DNA of 64,000 nt from Eledone cirrhosa (lineage: Eukaryota): NCBI GenBank assembly GCA_964016885.1, contig OZ024742.1, positions 311,984,001 through 312,048,000 of the forward strand, written 5' to 3'. Both the position numbers and the translations under genes were made by a program. Below, in pieces: positions 24,062-34,666 of this stretch (positions are counted from its first letter, which is position 1; every line of letters begins with the position of its first letter). Under the pieces are notes generated by a model, which saw only the letters and a program-made list of their open reading frames with translations, did no database searches and had not been told where the DNA came from.

Positions 24062-27000
24062 ATGACCTCACTCAGAATAGGCAGCATAAATGCACGTGGC
24101 TTGGGGTCGTCATGGAAGCAGGGCCACCTGTTCAACGACCTCAGGTCACTAAACATAGATGTAGTGGCCATCAGCGAGACCAGAATCTCCTAAGCACAGG
24201 CTTTCGCACCGATCTTCGGCGGCTACGATGTGTACGCATCTCCCAGCCGTCCGGGATCGGGGGGAGGAGTTGCTGTGCTTTTTCGGAGAGGTTTGGATCT
24301 TGCCATACGGGCCATCTTCCTGGACCCAGAGGGTAAGTTGGTGGTGCTGGACGTGACCAGCGGAGACGGGAAAGCTTTCAGGTTAGTGGCCGTCTATGCC
24401 TCGACAGGAGCAGGGCGACCTGATTTCTTCCGGCGTCTGGAGACCTTTCTTGGAACGTCCCGCTCTTTAGTGTTAGTGGGCGACTGGAACGGGATCTTAG
24501 ATGCACGCTGGGATTGTGTGGGATTAGTGGATAGGGAAGGAGGGTGCAAGAGTCTCACCAACCTGCTCAGACGTTTTGAACTGTCTGACAGGTACCGAAT
24601 GGATTTCCCGAATGTACCAATGTGGACTTGGACAAATCGCATTGGGTCATCCAGATCATATCTAGATAGAGTATTTTGTAGGGAAATAGATAGGTCTAGC
24701 ATAGGCTGTTCACAATTCAAGATAGTCAGCTACACGGACCACAAATTCGTGATCTGTGTGCTTGACTTAGATAGGCTTCGTAGACGAGGACCCGGCTACT
24801 GGAAGCTAAACGCGTCCTTACCAGGGCGTAAGGCCTACAGAGACCGGATTAGAGAACTAGTTAAGCGGGCGTTGACGGGGGCCATCGTCAACAACAAGTG
24901 GTGGTTTGCTCTGAAAATAGCAATTAGAATAGAGTCCATTAGGTTTAGTAAGACTTTAGCAATAGAGAAAAATAGAGCAGAGGGAGAATTAGTTAGAAAA
25001 TGAGATGAGGGGCTTAGCAAAGGCATCGCGACCGACGTACTTGCGGCTAAATTGGCCCTTGACCAATTCTTCAATGCAAAGCACGAAGGCTGCGTTGTCA
25101 GAGCTAGGGTGCGTGCTCTCAGACACGAGGGGACAAAAGCCGTTCAATGGGCCCGAGGGGCGGAGGCGCGTCGTGGCAACAAAGCCACGATCCGGTCTTT
25201 GGTGGACCACGACGGGCGCATGCTACTCGATCCCGGGCAAATGTGTGAAGCTTTTCAGCGACACTTCGCTCAACTGTTCGGGGCAGTGGCGGGCCGGATC
25301 AAGGGATGGACTTTAGTGTCTACCTCGACGGACTGCCGCGGCTTTCGGCCACTGAGGCGGAGTGTTGCGAAAAGCCGATAACAACCGCTGAAGTACGGGA
25401 TGCAATGACTAGTTGCACAAGGGGTAAATCGCCTGGTTTGGATGGTCTGCCCTATGAACTTTACGTACAAATGCCAAACTTGTTCGGAGGCCTCTTGGCG
25501 GACGTCTACTGCAACTGGCAACAGAACGGGAGAATTCCCAGCTCTGTGAGCCGAGGAGCGGTGGCGCTGCTGAGAAAGGATCCGAACAAGGGGGATAACA
25601 TAGATAATTTCCGGCCCATAACTCTGCTAAACACAGAGTTCAAGATTTTGGCCAAGGTGCTAGCAAAGAGGTTGGCGCTTGTCGTTGGTGGTCTGGTGGG
25701 AGAGGCACAGACATGCGCCATTCCCGACAGATCCATCCACGACAACCTCCACCTCATGCGATACATCGTAGAGAGGGTAGCTAGGGAACCTGGCACGGGT
25801 GGGTCTTTGATCAATTTAGATCAGTCGAAAGCCTTCGATAGGGTCGACCATCGTTACCTAGCGGCAGTCCTGAGGGCGGCTGGCTTTGGGCCCGTTTTCA
25901 GAGGCTGGATCGCTGCCATGCACAGCGACATCTGCTCTGTAGTGAGAGTGAACGGTCACCTTTCGGAACCGTTCAACATCATGCGCTCGGTCCGCCAAGG
26001 ATGTCCCCTCTCGTCCCTATTGTACGTATTGACTCTCGAGCCATTACTGCACAAACTGGAGACGTTGAGGGGGGTCCCGCGCGAACTAGGATGCGGAAGA
26101 TCCGTGTCAGCATATGCCGACGATGTCACCGTAGTGGTGTCGAACGCCAAACACATCGAGGCGATCGGCACTACACTAAGAGAATACGAAGCGGTGACAG
26201 AAGCAATGATCAACCAGGAAAAGTCAGTGGGCCTGCAGCTCGGCACCTGGAGAGGCAGGTCCATGCCGTCCAACAGCGTCGTCGGGCGCTGGACGGACGG
26301 ACCGGTTAAATTGCTAGGGGTCTGGTTCGGTCCAGACCTCCAGACGGACAAAAACTGGGACGAAGTGACGAGCAGGGTGGCTTCTCTCACCCAGAAATGG
26401 GCCGAGAGGAAGCTATCCCTGAAAGGTCGAGCGGAGGTGGCTAACGCGTACGTCGCGTCCGTCATCTACTACCGCCTGACCGTCGTACCTTGTCCTAAGC
26501 CCCGCCTGACTGCGCTGGAGCGTTTGCTCTTTCGCTTCTTGTGGAAGGGACGCGCTCCGATGGTCAGGCGGTCCATCTGCTGTCAACACCCGCTACGTGG
26601 AGGGCTGGGCATGCCATGGCTTATGATGCGCAGACACGCGCTCAGGCTACGACATCTCCACCTCTTCCTCGACGGTGATCAGGTGTGGTCGCCGTTTGCT
26701 AAACGCGTTTTTCCCCAGCTCGTCTCCTTGACGGAGCTGCAGCCCTGGGTCAAGCGAAGACCGAGAGGGAGCGCTTGGAGACTGGAATGTCTTCAGGTGC
26801 TCACAGCCCTCGACCAATCGGGCAATGTGATCGGTGGAAACTCCACCTTGGCGTTCTATAGGGGATTAGTGGAGGGGAAGAGGGACGACGTACTTGAAGA
26901 AACTCTAGGCGTCGACGAAAATCAACTAGCCAATCTCTTCGGAAGGTTCGGCCGGGGCCTATGGACAACTTCCAGAAATCCCTGGCCTGGCAGTGCTACC

Positions 27001-27459
27001 GGGGTGCTTTGCCAGTTCGAGATAAACTTTACAGGCATGGAGGTGCCGTCAGCCGGGCATGTCCGAGATGCGCACAGGGCGACGAAACCGTCCTGCACGC
27101 ACTCGTCCAGTGTCCGAGCATTTCTGACTTGTGGGTTTATGTCGAACACCTGCTGTCACGTGTAGGACGGATCCAGCTATCAGCTGAGTCCATCGTGAGG
27201 ATTGCCCCGCCCTCTTCCTTTAGCCGGGAAGGGCAGGCAGTTTTTATCTGTCTGGTGGCCATGACGAAAGAGAAAGTATGGTGGACACGTTTGAAAGGGC
27301 TCAAGACGAGTACTTACCTCTTCGGTGATGCCCTGATTAACTTTTTCAAATTTCATCTAAAAAGGAAAATCAGGGTAGAGAGGGAATTTTGTTGAAAGAT
27401 GGGTGAGAGAAGCAAGCATGGCCCGAATGAATGGGCCTTCTCTGAGTATGTGTCTGTAA
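24062..27459 (+). pseudogene. Type A copy 1 ORF2 (APE endonuclease, RT, CCHC), several disruptions
   Basis: GDWNG, YLDRVF, TDH, KSPGLDG, NFRPITLLN, DQSKAFDRV, RQGCPLS, YADD, CPRC..ETVLHALVQC. Confidence 0.92.
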
Positions 27460-27942
27460 ATTAAAGGTGGAAAACTGGGAGAGGGCACTTGCCCTGGTGG
27501 TCAGGGCCACTGTGGTCTTTTAATGGGCTTTCTCCACAAATGTCCCTCGGAAGTCTCCCCCCTATTGGGGAATTTTTCTTTGTTATTTTATTTCATCCTC
27601 TGTTTTTTTACACGCAGAAATGCCCATTTGTACCGTCCTGTATTGTCCTGTACTGTCCTTAATGTCTACTTTATGTAAACCCTTGTGGTTAATAAAGAAA
27701 TCGTTATTATTATTATTATTATTATTGAATGCTATGGTTGACGGAGGCTCGGCTCTGTAATGTACTGTAAATTTTGAACGCTTTAACAATTGTAAATTGT
27801 TTAAAACTTAGACCAACTTGTAGACAAAAACACCCTCCTCCTCGTGAGAGGGGTCTTTCAGCCCGTTATTTGGCCCTTCGGGGTTAAATAACTGCTTATT
27901 GGGGTTTTGTACCCAATATTTATTTTTAACAAAAAAAACAAC

Positions 27943-30015
27943 ATGGCTACGAAAAAGAATTTGCATAGGTCACTCCCACTCATTCCGTCTTCTTTTTCCT
28001 CAATCGTCACTACAGCAGAGAGAAGATTGTCTCTCTCCCTCCCTTCTCTTTCGCAAGCGACGAAAGAAAAGAAAAGTCTCGTGCAAAGCGTGCAAGGTTT
28101 CTCCACGATGACGACGACAGCGACGAAACAGGTGTGCGGGAAATACGAAAACCCAGTTCATTCGTCTGACGTCAGGAATAATAGCAGTAGCAGCCGTAAT
28201 AACAACAGCAACAGTGACAATGAAAACAACAGTAGCAGCCGCAACAGCATCACCAGCAGCATAAACAACAACAGTATTAGCAGCAGCAACACCAACAACA
28301 ACGACAGCAACAGCGGCGGAGGCAGTAGTCGTAGTACCTGCAGCAACAACAAAAGTACCAGCAGCTCTGACGACAACAACAACAGCAGCAGAGAAAAACC
28401 AATCTCATTTGCAGGTATTGCTAAAAACTTGGAAACAATCCTCATAACAAATGAGGAATTAGAGGAAGCGAAGAAGATGGTGACAAAGAATGGACACCGA
28501 GCAATCTGCAAGGCAGCGGAAAATTTTTTAGAAACCCAACAGCACTGTACGGTCACGTACCGTACAGTAAGTACAAAATCCCGTAGGGTGGAAAGAGCCA
28601 CAGAGGCTCAAATACAAAAAGCCTTGGGGTCTGTGTGGCAGCGGAAAACGCACATCACCCGAGGCAAAAAATATGCCACCGTAGACGTACTTTTTGCCAC
28701 ACCCCAGGAGGCAAAGGCCCAATCCGTAGTGACCCTAAGGAGCGAGGAAATGGTGTTGGTGCCCTCCTACTGCGGGCAAAAAATTGTGAGGGTCAAACTG
28801 ACCCACGTCCCCCTCGGAATGGCCCCTTCTTGGCTGGCCGCGTCTGTCCTCGTCGGAATCGAGGACAAAACAACTGTACTGCAAGTACAGAAAAAAGTAA
28901 GAGAAGATTGGATCGGCACCTCCATTGAGATGCTAATCCAAACCAACCAGGAGTGCATCGAAGCTATCCCGGATGTGATAGACTTCGATAACGGCACTCA
29001 ACTGCCCATAAGTGTTGAGGGAAAACGCCGGAAATGCTTTCGCTGTGGATCGAAGACTCACCTCAGGGCCTTCTGCAACGAGAAGACCCTGAGAAAGGAG
29101 AAACCCCCCCTCCTTCCGAAACCGGCTCCACGGCTACCAGCAACAGGACAAGCGGCAACCAGGAACGATAGGTCCGTGGCACCCATACCCACGTCACGGA
29201 AATCAAAAACAGCAGCAGCAGTGGAAATATTAACAACAACAACAGCAATACCAAATGCAGCTGCAACAGAGACTCCAGTGCAAACATCACCAACAACAAC
29301 AAGTGAAAGAGTGGAGCTGGTACCCCTCCCCGACCTCACAGAATCAGACATGGAGTGTGAGGTGGGAGAGAGATGGCAAAAGGTCGTAAGAAGGCACAAA
29401 CGCAGAAGCAGCGCATCGTCGCCTTTGAAAAGGGAGGAAAGAAATGAGAAAAGGGTAAAGTCTACTGCAAAGAGACCCACAGCAGCAACACCACCAACAC
29501 CATCACCACCCACACTAGCACCACCATCACCACCGGCGACAACCCCACCGCCAACAACACCGTCAACACCACCACCACAAGCACCAACATCGCAAACACA
29601 ACAACAAAACACACACACCCAGCAACAACGACAAGAAAATAGCAGAACCACACCCCACCCCCAGAAAAACAAATGCACGGCAATAAATACACACAACAAG
29701 AAACTAATGACTTACATAATTGAACACACAGACATTTCACAACACGACTACATAATACCAGCACCAATCAAAACGCCAACTAACATAAGACTGCTAAAAA
29801 TAGCACAGAAACAATACACAAACATTAAAACGAAATTCCCCAACGCAGTTGGTGATTTCAGGGACCTAGGAGGAACTATCAATCGAAGAGTATATTCAGA
29901 CATTCTCTTAGAAGAGAGGACGCCCAGCCGAAGGGACGATTCAACGGTCCCTTCACCAGACGAACAAGTGAAAAGGGATGTAAAAACCATCCCTCCTCTA
30001 CCAAAAGTACGGTAA
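27943..30015 (+). CDS. Type B ORF1, intact (~690 aa): Ser/Asn-rich N-terminus, CCHC knuckle, Pro/Thr tail
   Basis: Open frame from ATG 27943; ISVEGKRRKCFRCGSKTHLRAFC; aligns with type A ORF1 (VERATEAQIQKALG vs VERASESQIQKALG). Confidence 0.85.
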   Translation: MATKKNLHRSLPLIPSSFSSIVTTAERRLSLSLPSLSQATKEKKSLVQSVQGFSTMTTTATKQVCGKYENPVHSSDVRNNSSSSRNNNSNSDNENNSSSRNSITSSINNNSISSSNTNNNDSNSGGGSSRSTCSNNKSTSSSDDNNNSSREKPISFAGIAKNLETILITNEELEEAKKMVTKNGHRAICKAAENFLETQQHCTVTYRTVSTKSRRVERATEAQIQKALGSVWQRKTHITRGKKYATVDVLFATPQEAKAQSVVTLRSEEMVLVPSYCGQKIVRVKLTHVPLGMAPSWLAASVLVGIEDKTTVLQVQKKVREDWIGTSIEMLIQTNQECIEAIPDVIDFDNGTQLPISVEGKRRKCFRCGSKTHLRAFCNEKTLRKEKPPLLPKPAPRLPATGQAATRNDRSVAPIPTSRKSKTAAAVEILTTTTAIPNAAATETPVQTSPTTTSERVELVPLPDLTESDMECEVGERWQKVVRRHKRRSSASSPLKREERNEKRVKSTAKRPTAATPPTPSPPTLAPPSPPATTPPPTTPSTPPPQAPTSQTQQQNTHTQQQRQENSRTTPHPQKNKCTAINTHNKKLMTYIIEHTDISQHDYIIPAPIKTPTNIRLLKIAQKQYTNIKTKFPNAVGDFRDLGGTINRRVYSDILLEERTPSRRDDSTVPSPDEQVKRDVKTIPPLPKVR

Positions 30016-30050
30016 GTGGTCTTTCCCATCTTTTCCACTCTATTTTAAAC

Positions 30051-33000
30051 ATGACCTCACTCAGAATAGGCAGCATAAATGCGCGTGGCTTGGGGTCGTC
30101 ATGGAAGCAGTGTCACCTGCTCAACGACCTCAGGTCACTAAACATAGATGTAGTGGCCATCAGCGAGACCAGAATCTCCGAAGCGCGGGCCTTCGCACCG
30201 ATCTTCGGCGGCTACGATGTGTACGCATCTCCCAGCCGTCCCGGATCGGGGGGAGGAGTTGCTGTGCTTTTTCGGAGAGGTTTGGATCTCGCCATACGGG
30301 CCATCTTCCTGGACCCAGAGGGTAAGCTGGTGGTGCTGGACGTGACCAGCGGAGACGGGCAAGCTTTCAGGCTAGTGGCCGTCTATGCCCCGACAGGAGC
30401 AGGGCGGCCTGATTTCTTCCGGCGTCTGGAGACCTTTCTTGGAACGTCCCGCTCTTTAGTGTTGGTGGGCGACTGGAACGGGATCTTAGATGCACGCTGG
30501 GACTGTGTGGGATTAGCGGATAGGGGTGGAGGGTGCAAGAGCCTCACCAACCTGCTCAGGCGTTTTGAACTGTCTGACAGGTACCGATTGGATTTCCCGA
30601 ATGTGCCAATGTGGACTTGGACAAATCGTATTGGGTCATCCAGATCATATCTAGATAGAGTATTTTGTAGGGAAATAGATAGGTCTAGCATAGGCTGTCC
30701 ACAATTCAAGATAGTCAGCTACACGGACCACAAATTCGTGATCTGTGTGCTTGACTTAGATAGGCTTCATAGACGAGGACCCGGCTACTGGAAGCTAAAC
30801 GCGTCCTTACCAGCGCGCAAGGCCTACAGAGACCGGATTAGCGAACTAGTTAAGCGGGCGTTGACGGGGGCCATCGTCAACAACAAGTGGTGGTTTGCTC
30901 TGAAAAGAGCGATTAGAATAGAATCGATTAGGTTTAGTAAGGCTTTAGCAATAGAGAAAAATAGAGCAGAGGGAGAACTAGTTAGAAAATTAGACGAGGC
31001 GCTTAGCAAAGGCATTGCGACCGACGTGCTTGCGGCGAAATTGGCCCTTGACCAATTCTTCAATGCAAAGCACGAAGGCTGCGTTGTCAGAGCAAGGGTG
31101 CGTGCTCTCAGACACGAGGGGACGAAAGCCGTTCAATGGGCCCGAGTGGCGGAGGCGCGTCGTGGCAACAAAGCCACGATCCGGTCTTTGGTGGACCACG
31201 ACGGGCGCATGCTACTCGATCCCGGGCAAATGTGTAAAGCTTTTCAACGACACTTCGCTCAGCTGTTCGGGGGCAGCGGTGGGCCGGGTAGAGGGATGGA
31301 CTTTAGTGTCTACCTCGACGGACTGCCGCGGCTCTCGGCCACTGAGGCGAAGTGTTGCGAAAAGCCGATAACAGCCGCTGAAGTAAGGGAGGCAATGACT
31401 GGCTGCACAAGGGGTAAATCGCCTGGTTTGGATGGTCTGCCCTATGAACTTTACGTACAGATGCCAGACTTGTTCGGAGGCCTCTTGGCGGACGTCTACT
31501 GCAACTGGCAACAGAACGGGAGAATTCCCAGTTCTGTGAGCAGAGGAGCGTTGGCACTGCTGAGAAAGGATCCGAACAAGGGGGATAACATAGATAATTT
31601 CCGGCCCATAACTCTGCTAAACACAGAGTTCAAGATGTTGGCCAAGGTGCTAGCAAAGAGGTTGGCGCTTGTCGTTGGTGGTCTGGTGGGAGAGGCGCAG
31701 ACATGTGCCATTCCCGACAGATCCATCCACGACAACCTCCACCTCATGCGATACATCATAGAGAGGGTAGCTAGGGAACCTGGCACGGGTGGGTCCTTGA
31801 TCAATTTAGATCAGTCGAAAGCTTTCGATAGGGTCGACCATCGTTACCTGGCGGCCGTCCTGAGGGCGGCTGGCTTTGGGCCCGTCTTCAGAGGCTGGAT
31901 CGCTGCCATGCACAGCGACATCTGCTCTGTGGTGAGAGTGAACGGTCACCTGTCGGAACCGTTCAACATCATGCGCTCGGTCCGCCAAGGATGTCCCCTC
32001 TCGTCCCTATTGTACGTATTGACCCTCGAGCCATTACTGCACAAACTGGAGACGTTGAGGGGAGTCCCGCGCGAACTAGGATGCGGAAGATCCGTGTCAG
32101 CATATGCGGACGATGTCACCGTAGTGGTATCGAGCGCCAAACACATCGAGGCGATCGGCACTACACTAAGAGAATACGAAGCGGTGACAGGAGCAATGAT
32201 CAACCAGGAAAAGTCAGTGGGCCTGCAGCTCGGCACCTGGAGAGGCAGGTCCATGCCATCCAACAGCGTCGTCGGACGCTGGACAGACGGACCGGTTAAA
32301 TTGCTATGGGGTCTGGTTCGGTCCGGACCTCCAGACGGACAAAAACTGGGACGAGGTGACGAGCAAGGTGGCTTCTCTCACCCAGAAATGGGCGGAGAGG
32401 AAGCTATCCCTGAAAGGTCGAGCGGAGGTGGCTAACGCGTACATCGCGTCTGTCATCTGCTACCGCCTGACCGTCGTACCTTGTCCTAAGCCTCGCCTGA
32501 CTGCGCTGGAGCGTTTGCTCTTTCGCTTTTGTGGAAGGGACGCGCTCCGATGGTCAGGCGGTCCATCTGTTGTCAACACCCGCTACGTGGAGGGCTGGGC
32601 ATGCCGTGGCTGATGATGCGCAGGCACGCGCTCAGGCTACGACATCTCCACCTCTTCCTCGACGGTGATCAGGTGTGGTCGCCGTTTGCTAGACACGTAT
32701 TTCCCCAGCTCGTTTCCTTGACGGAACTGCAGTCCTGGGTCAAGCGAAGACCGAGAGGGAGCGCCTGGAGACTGGAATGTCTTCAGGCGCTCACAGCCCT
32801 CGACCAATCGGGCAATGCGATCGGTGGAAACTCCACCTCGGCGTTCTATAGAGGATTAGTGGAGGGGAAGAGCGACGACGTACTTGGGGAAACTCTAGGC
32901 GTCGACGTACTTGGGGAAACTCTAGGCGTCGACGAAAATCAACTAGCCAATCTCTTCGGAAGAACTTTCGGGCCAGGGCCTATGGACAACTTCCAGAAAT

Positions 33001-33497
33001 CTCTGGCCTGGCAGTGCTACCGAGGAGCCTTGCCAGTTCGGGATAAACTCTACAGGCATGGAGGTGCCGTCATCCGGGCATGTCCGAGATGCGCGCAGGG
33101 CGACGAAACCGTCCTGCACGCACTCGTCCAGTGTCCGAAAATTGCTGACTTGTGGGTTTATGTCGAACACCTGCTGTCGCGTTTAGGACGGATCCGGCTA
33201 TCATCTGAGTCCATCGTGAGGATTGCCCCGCCCTCCTCCTTTAGCTGGGAAGGGCAGGCAGTTTTTATCTGCCTGGTGGCCATGGCGAAAGAGATAGTAT
33301 GGTGGACACGTTTGAAAGGGCTGAAGACGAGCACTTACCTCTTCGGTGATGCTCTGATTGACTTTTTCAAATTTCATTTGAAAAGGAAAATCAGAGTAGA
33401 GAGGGAAGTGCTCTCTTCCCAGCATTTTGTTGAAAGATGGGTGAGAGAAGCAAGAATGGCCCGAGTGAATGGGCCTACTCTGAGTATATATCTGTAA
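30051..33497 (+). pseudogene. Type B ORF2, frameshifts near 32306 and 32530, 27-bp in-frame duplication at 32877-32930
   Basis: MTSLRIGSINARGL..ISETR..YADD..CPRC. Confidence 0.92.
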
Positions 33498-33747
33498 ATT
33501 AAAGGTGGAAAACTGGGAGAGGGCACTTGCCTTGGTGGTCAGGGTCATTGTGGCTTTTTACTGGGCTTTCTCCACAAATGTCCCTCCGAAGTCTCCCCCC
33601 TATTGGGGAATTTTTCATTGTTATTTTTTGTTACATCCTCTGTTTTTGTTTTTTTACACGCAGAAATGCCCATTTGTACCGTCCTGCATTGTCCTGCACT
33701 GTCCTTAATGTTTACTTTATGTAAACCCTTGTGGTTAATAAAGAAAA

Positions 33748-33796
<49 letters not shown>

Positions 33797-33798
33797 GT

Positions 33799-34637
33799 TC
33801 TTTGAGTCTCAGTCATTGATGTTAGTTAACTGGAAAGTTTGTTGAAATGAATATCAAGCCACTACCTGCAGCCTCAGATATTCACGACGTATCGGAGGGT
33901 TCTTGCTGTTCCCAGCAAGCATGCCTTTTGAAGTGTTCCTAAAAGCGGGGCGGGGCCAATTTTCTTTAACCATCCCTAGAAACTTTTTGAGATAGTACCT
34001 AGTGCGCCTATGACAATCGGGAGCACTTTGACTTCATGGCAGTTCCAAATCCTTTTTACCTCCCACTTTAAGTCCTGGTATCGGTTAATTTTCTCCCTCT
34101 CCTTCTCTTGCACTCTCGTGTCGAATGGGCAGGCCACATCCACAATCAGTCACGATCTTTTTTCCTTGTCCAAAACCACCAGGTCAGGTCTATTGTGTTC
34201 CAGTTTCTTGTCCGTCTGTATCCTAAAATCCCACAGCACTTTCACCTGATCGTTTTCTATCACCGACTTATGCTCATACCACTTCTCAGAATGTGGTAAA
34301 TTGTTTACTTTGCATAGGTGTCAGTGGATCACTCTGCCCATCACATCATGTCTCCAGCCTTTATAGTGACTCTGGGCTAGGTGTTTACACTCGGATACAA
34401 TGTGAGCCACAGTCTCCTCTCTCTCTCCACAGATCCTGCACAGTGGGCTAGCCTCCTCCTTGTAAATATGGTGTTTCAGCCACTTCGTTTTGAGGGCCTG
34501 CTTTTGCGCAGCCGTTAGCATTCCTTCTGTAGCCTTTTTAAGGTCTCCTCTTTTCAACCAGTTCCATGTCTGTGGATCTCTGAATTCAGTTTTCTCAAAG
34601 AAGGTACTATGAAGTGATTTTTCATGAAGGCTGCTCT
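33799..34637 (-). mobile_element. R4/Dong-type element, 3' fragment 2 (~840 bp, more diverged)
   Basis: CRICGEREETVAHIVSEC and RLE region matching 56343-57188; (TTA)n on both sides. Confidence 0.9.
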
Positions 34638-34666
34638 TTATTATTATTATTATTATTATTATTATT

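Larger units (their letters stand above)
21811..27703 (+). mobile_element. Tx1/L1-clade LINE type A, copy 1, full length, disrupted
   Basis: Starts GGCGACCTACG after (TTA)n; ORF1, APE-RT-CCHC ORF2, AATAAA, (TTA)n tail. Confidence 0.93.
27727..33748 (+). mobile_element. Tx1/L1-clade LINE type B, full length (different 5' UTR/ORF1, near-identical ORF2)
   Basis: Begins immediately after the (TTA)n tail of copy A1 and ends in its own (TTA)n tail. Confidence 0.93.

Noticed and set aside
24394-26465. Antisense and alternative-frame ORFs recurring in each Tx1 copy
   Set aside because: They recur only because the copies are near identical; GC-rich shadow frames with no motifs.
32877-32930. 27-bp in-frame duplication in type B ORF2
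   Set aside because: Single-copy slippage at GACG microhomology with no sign of function.
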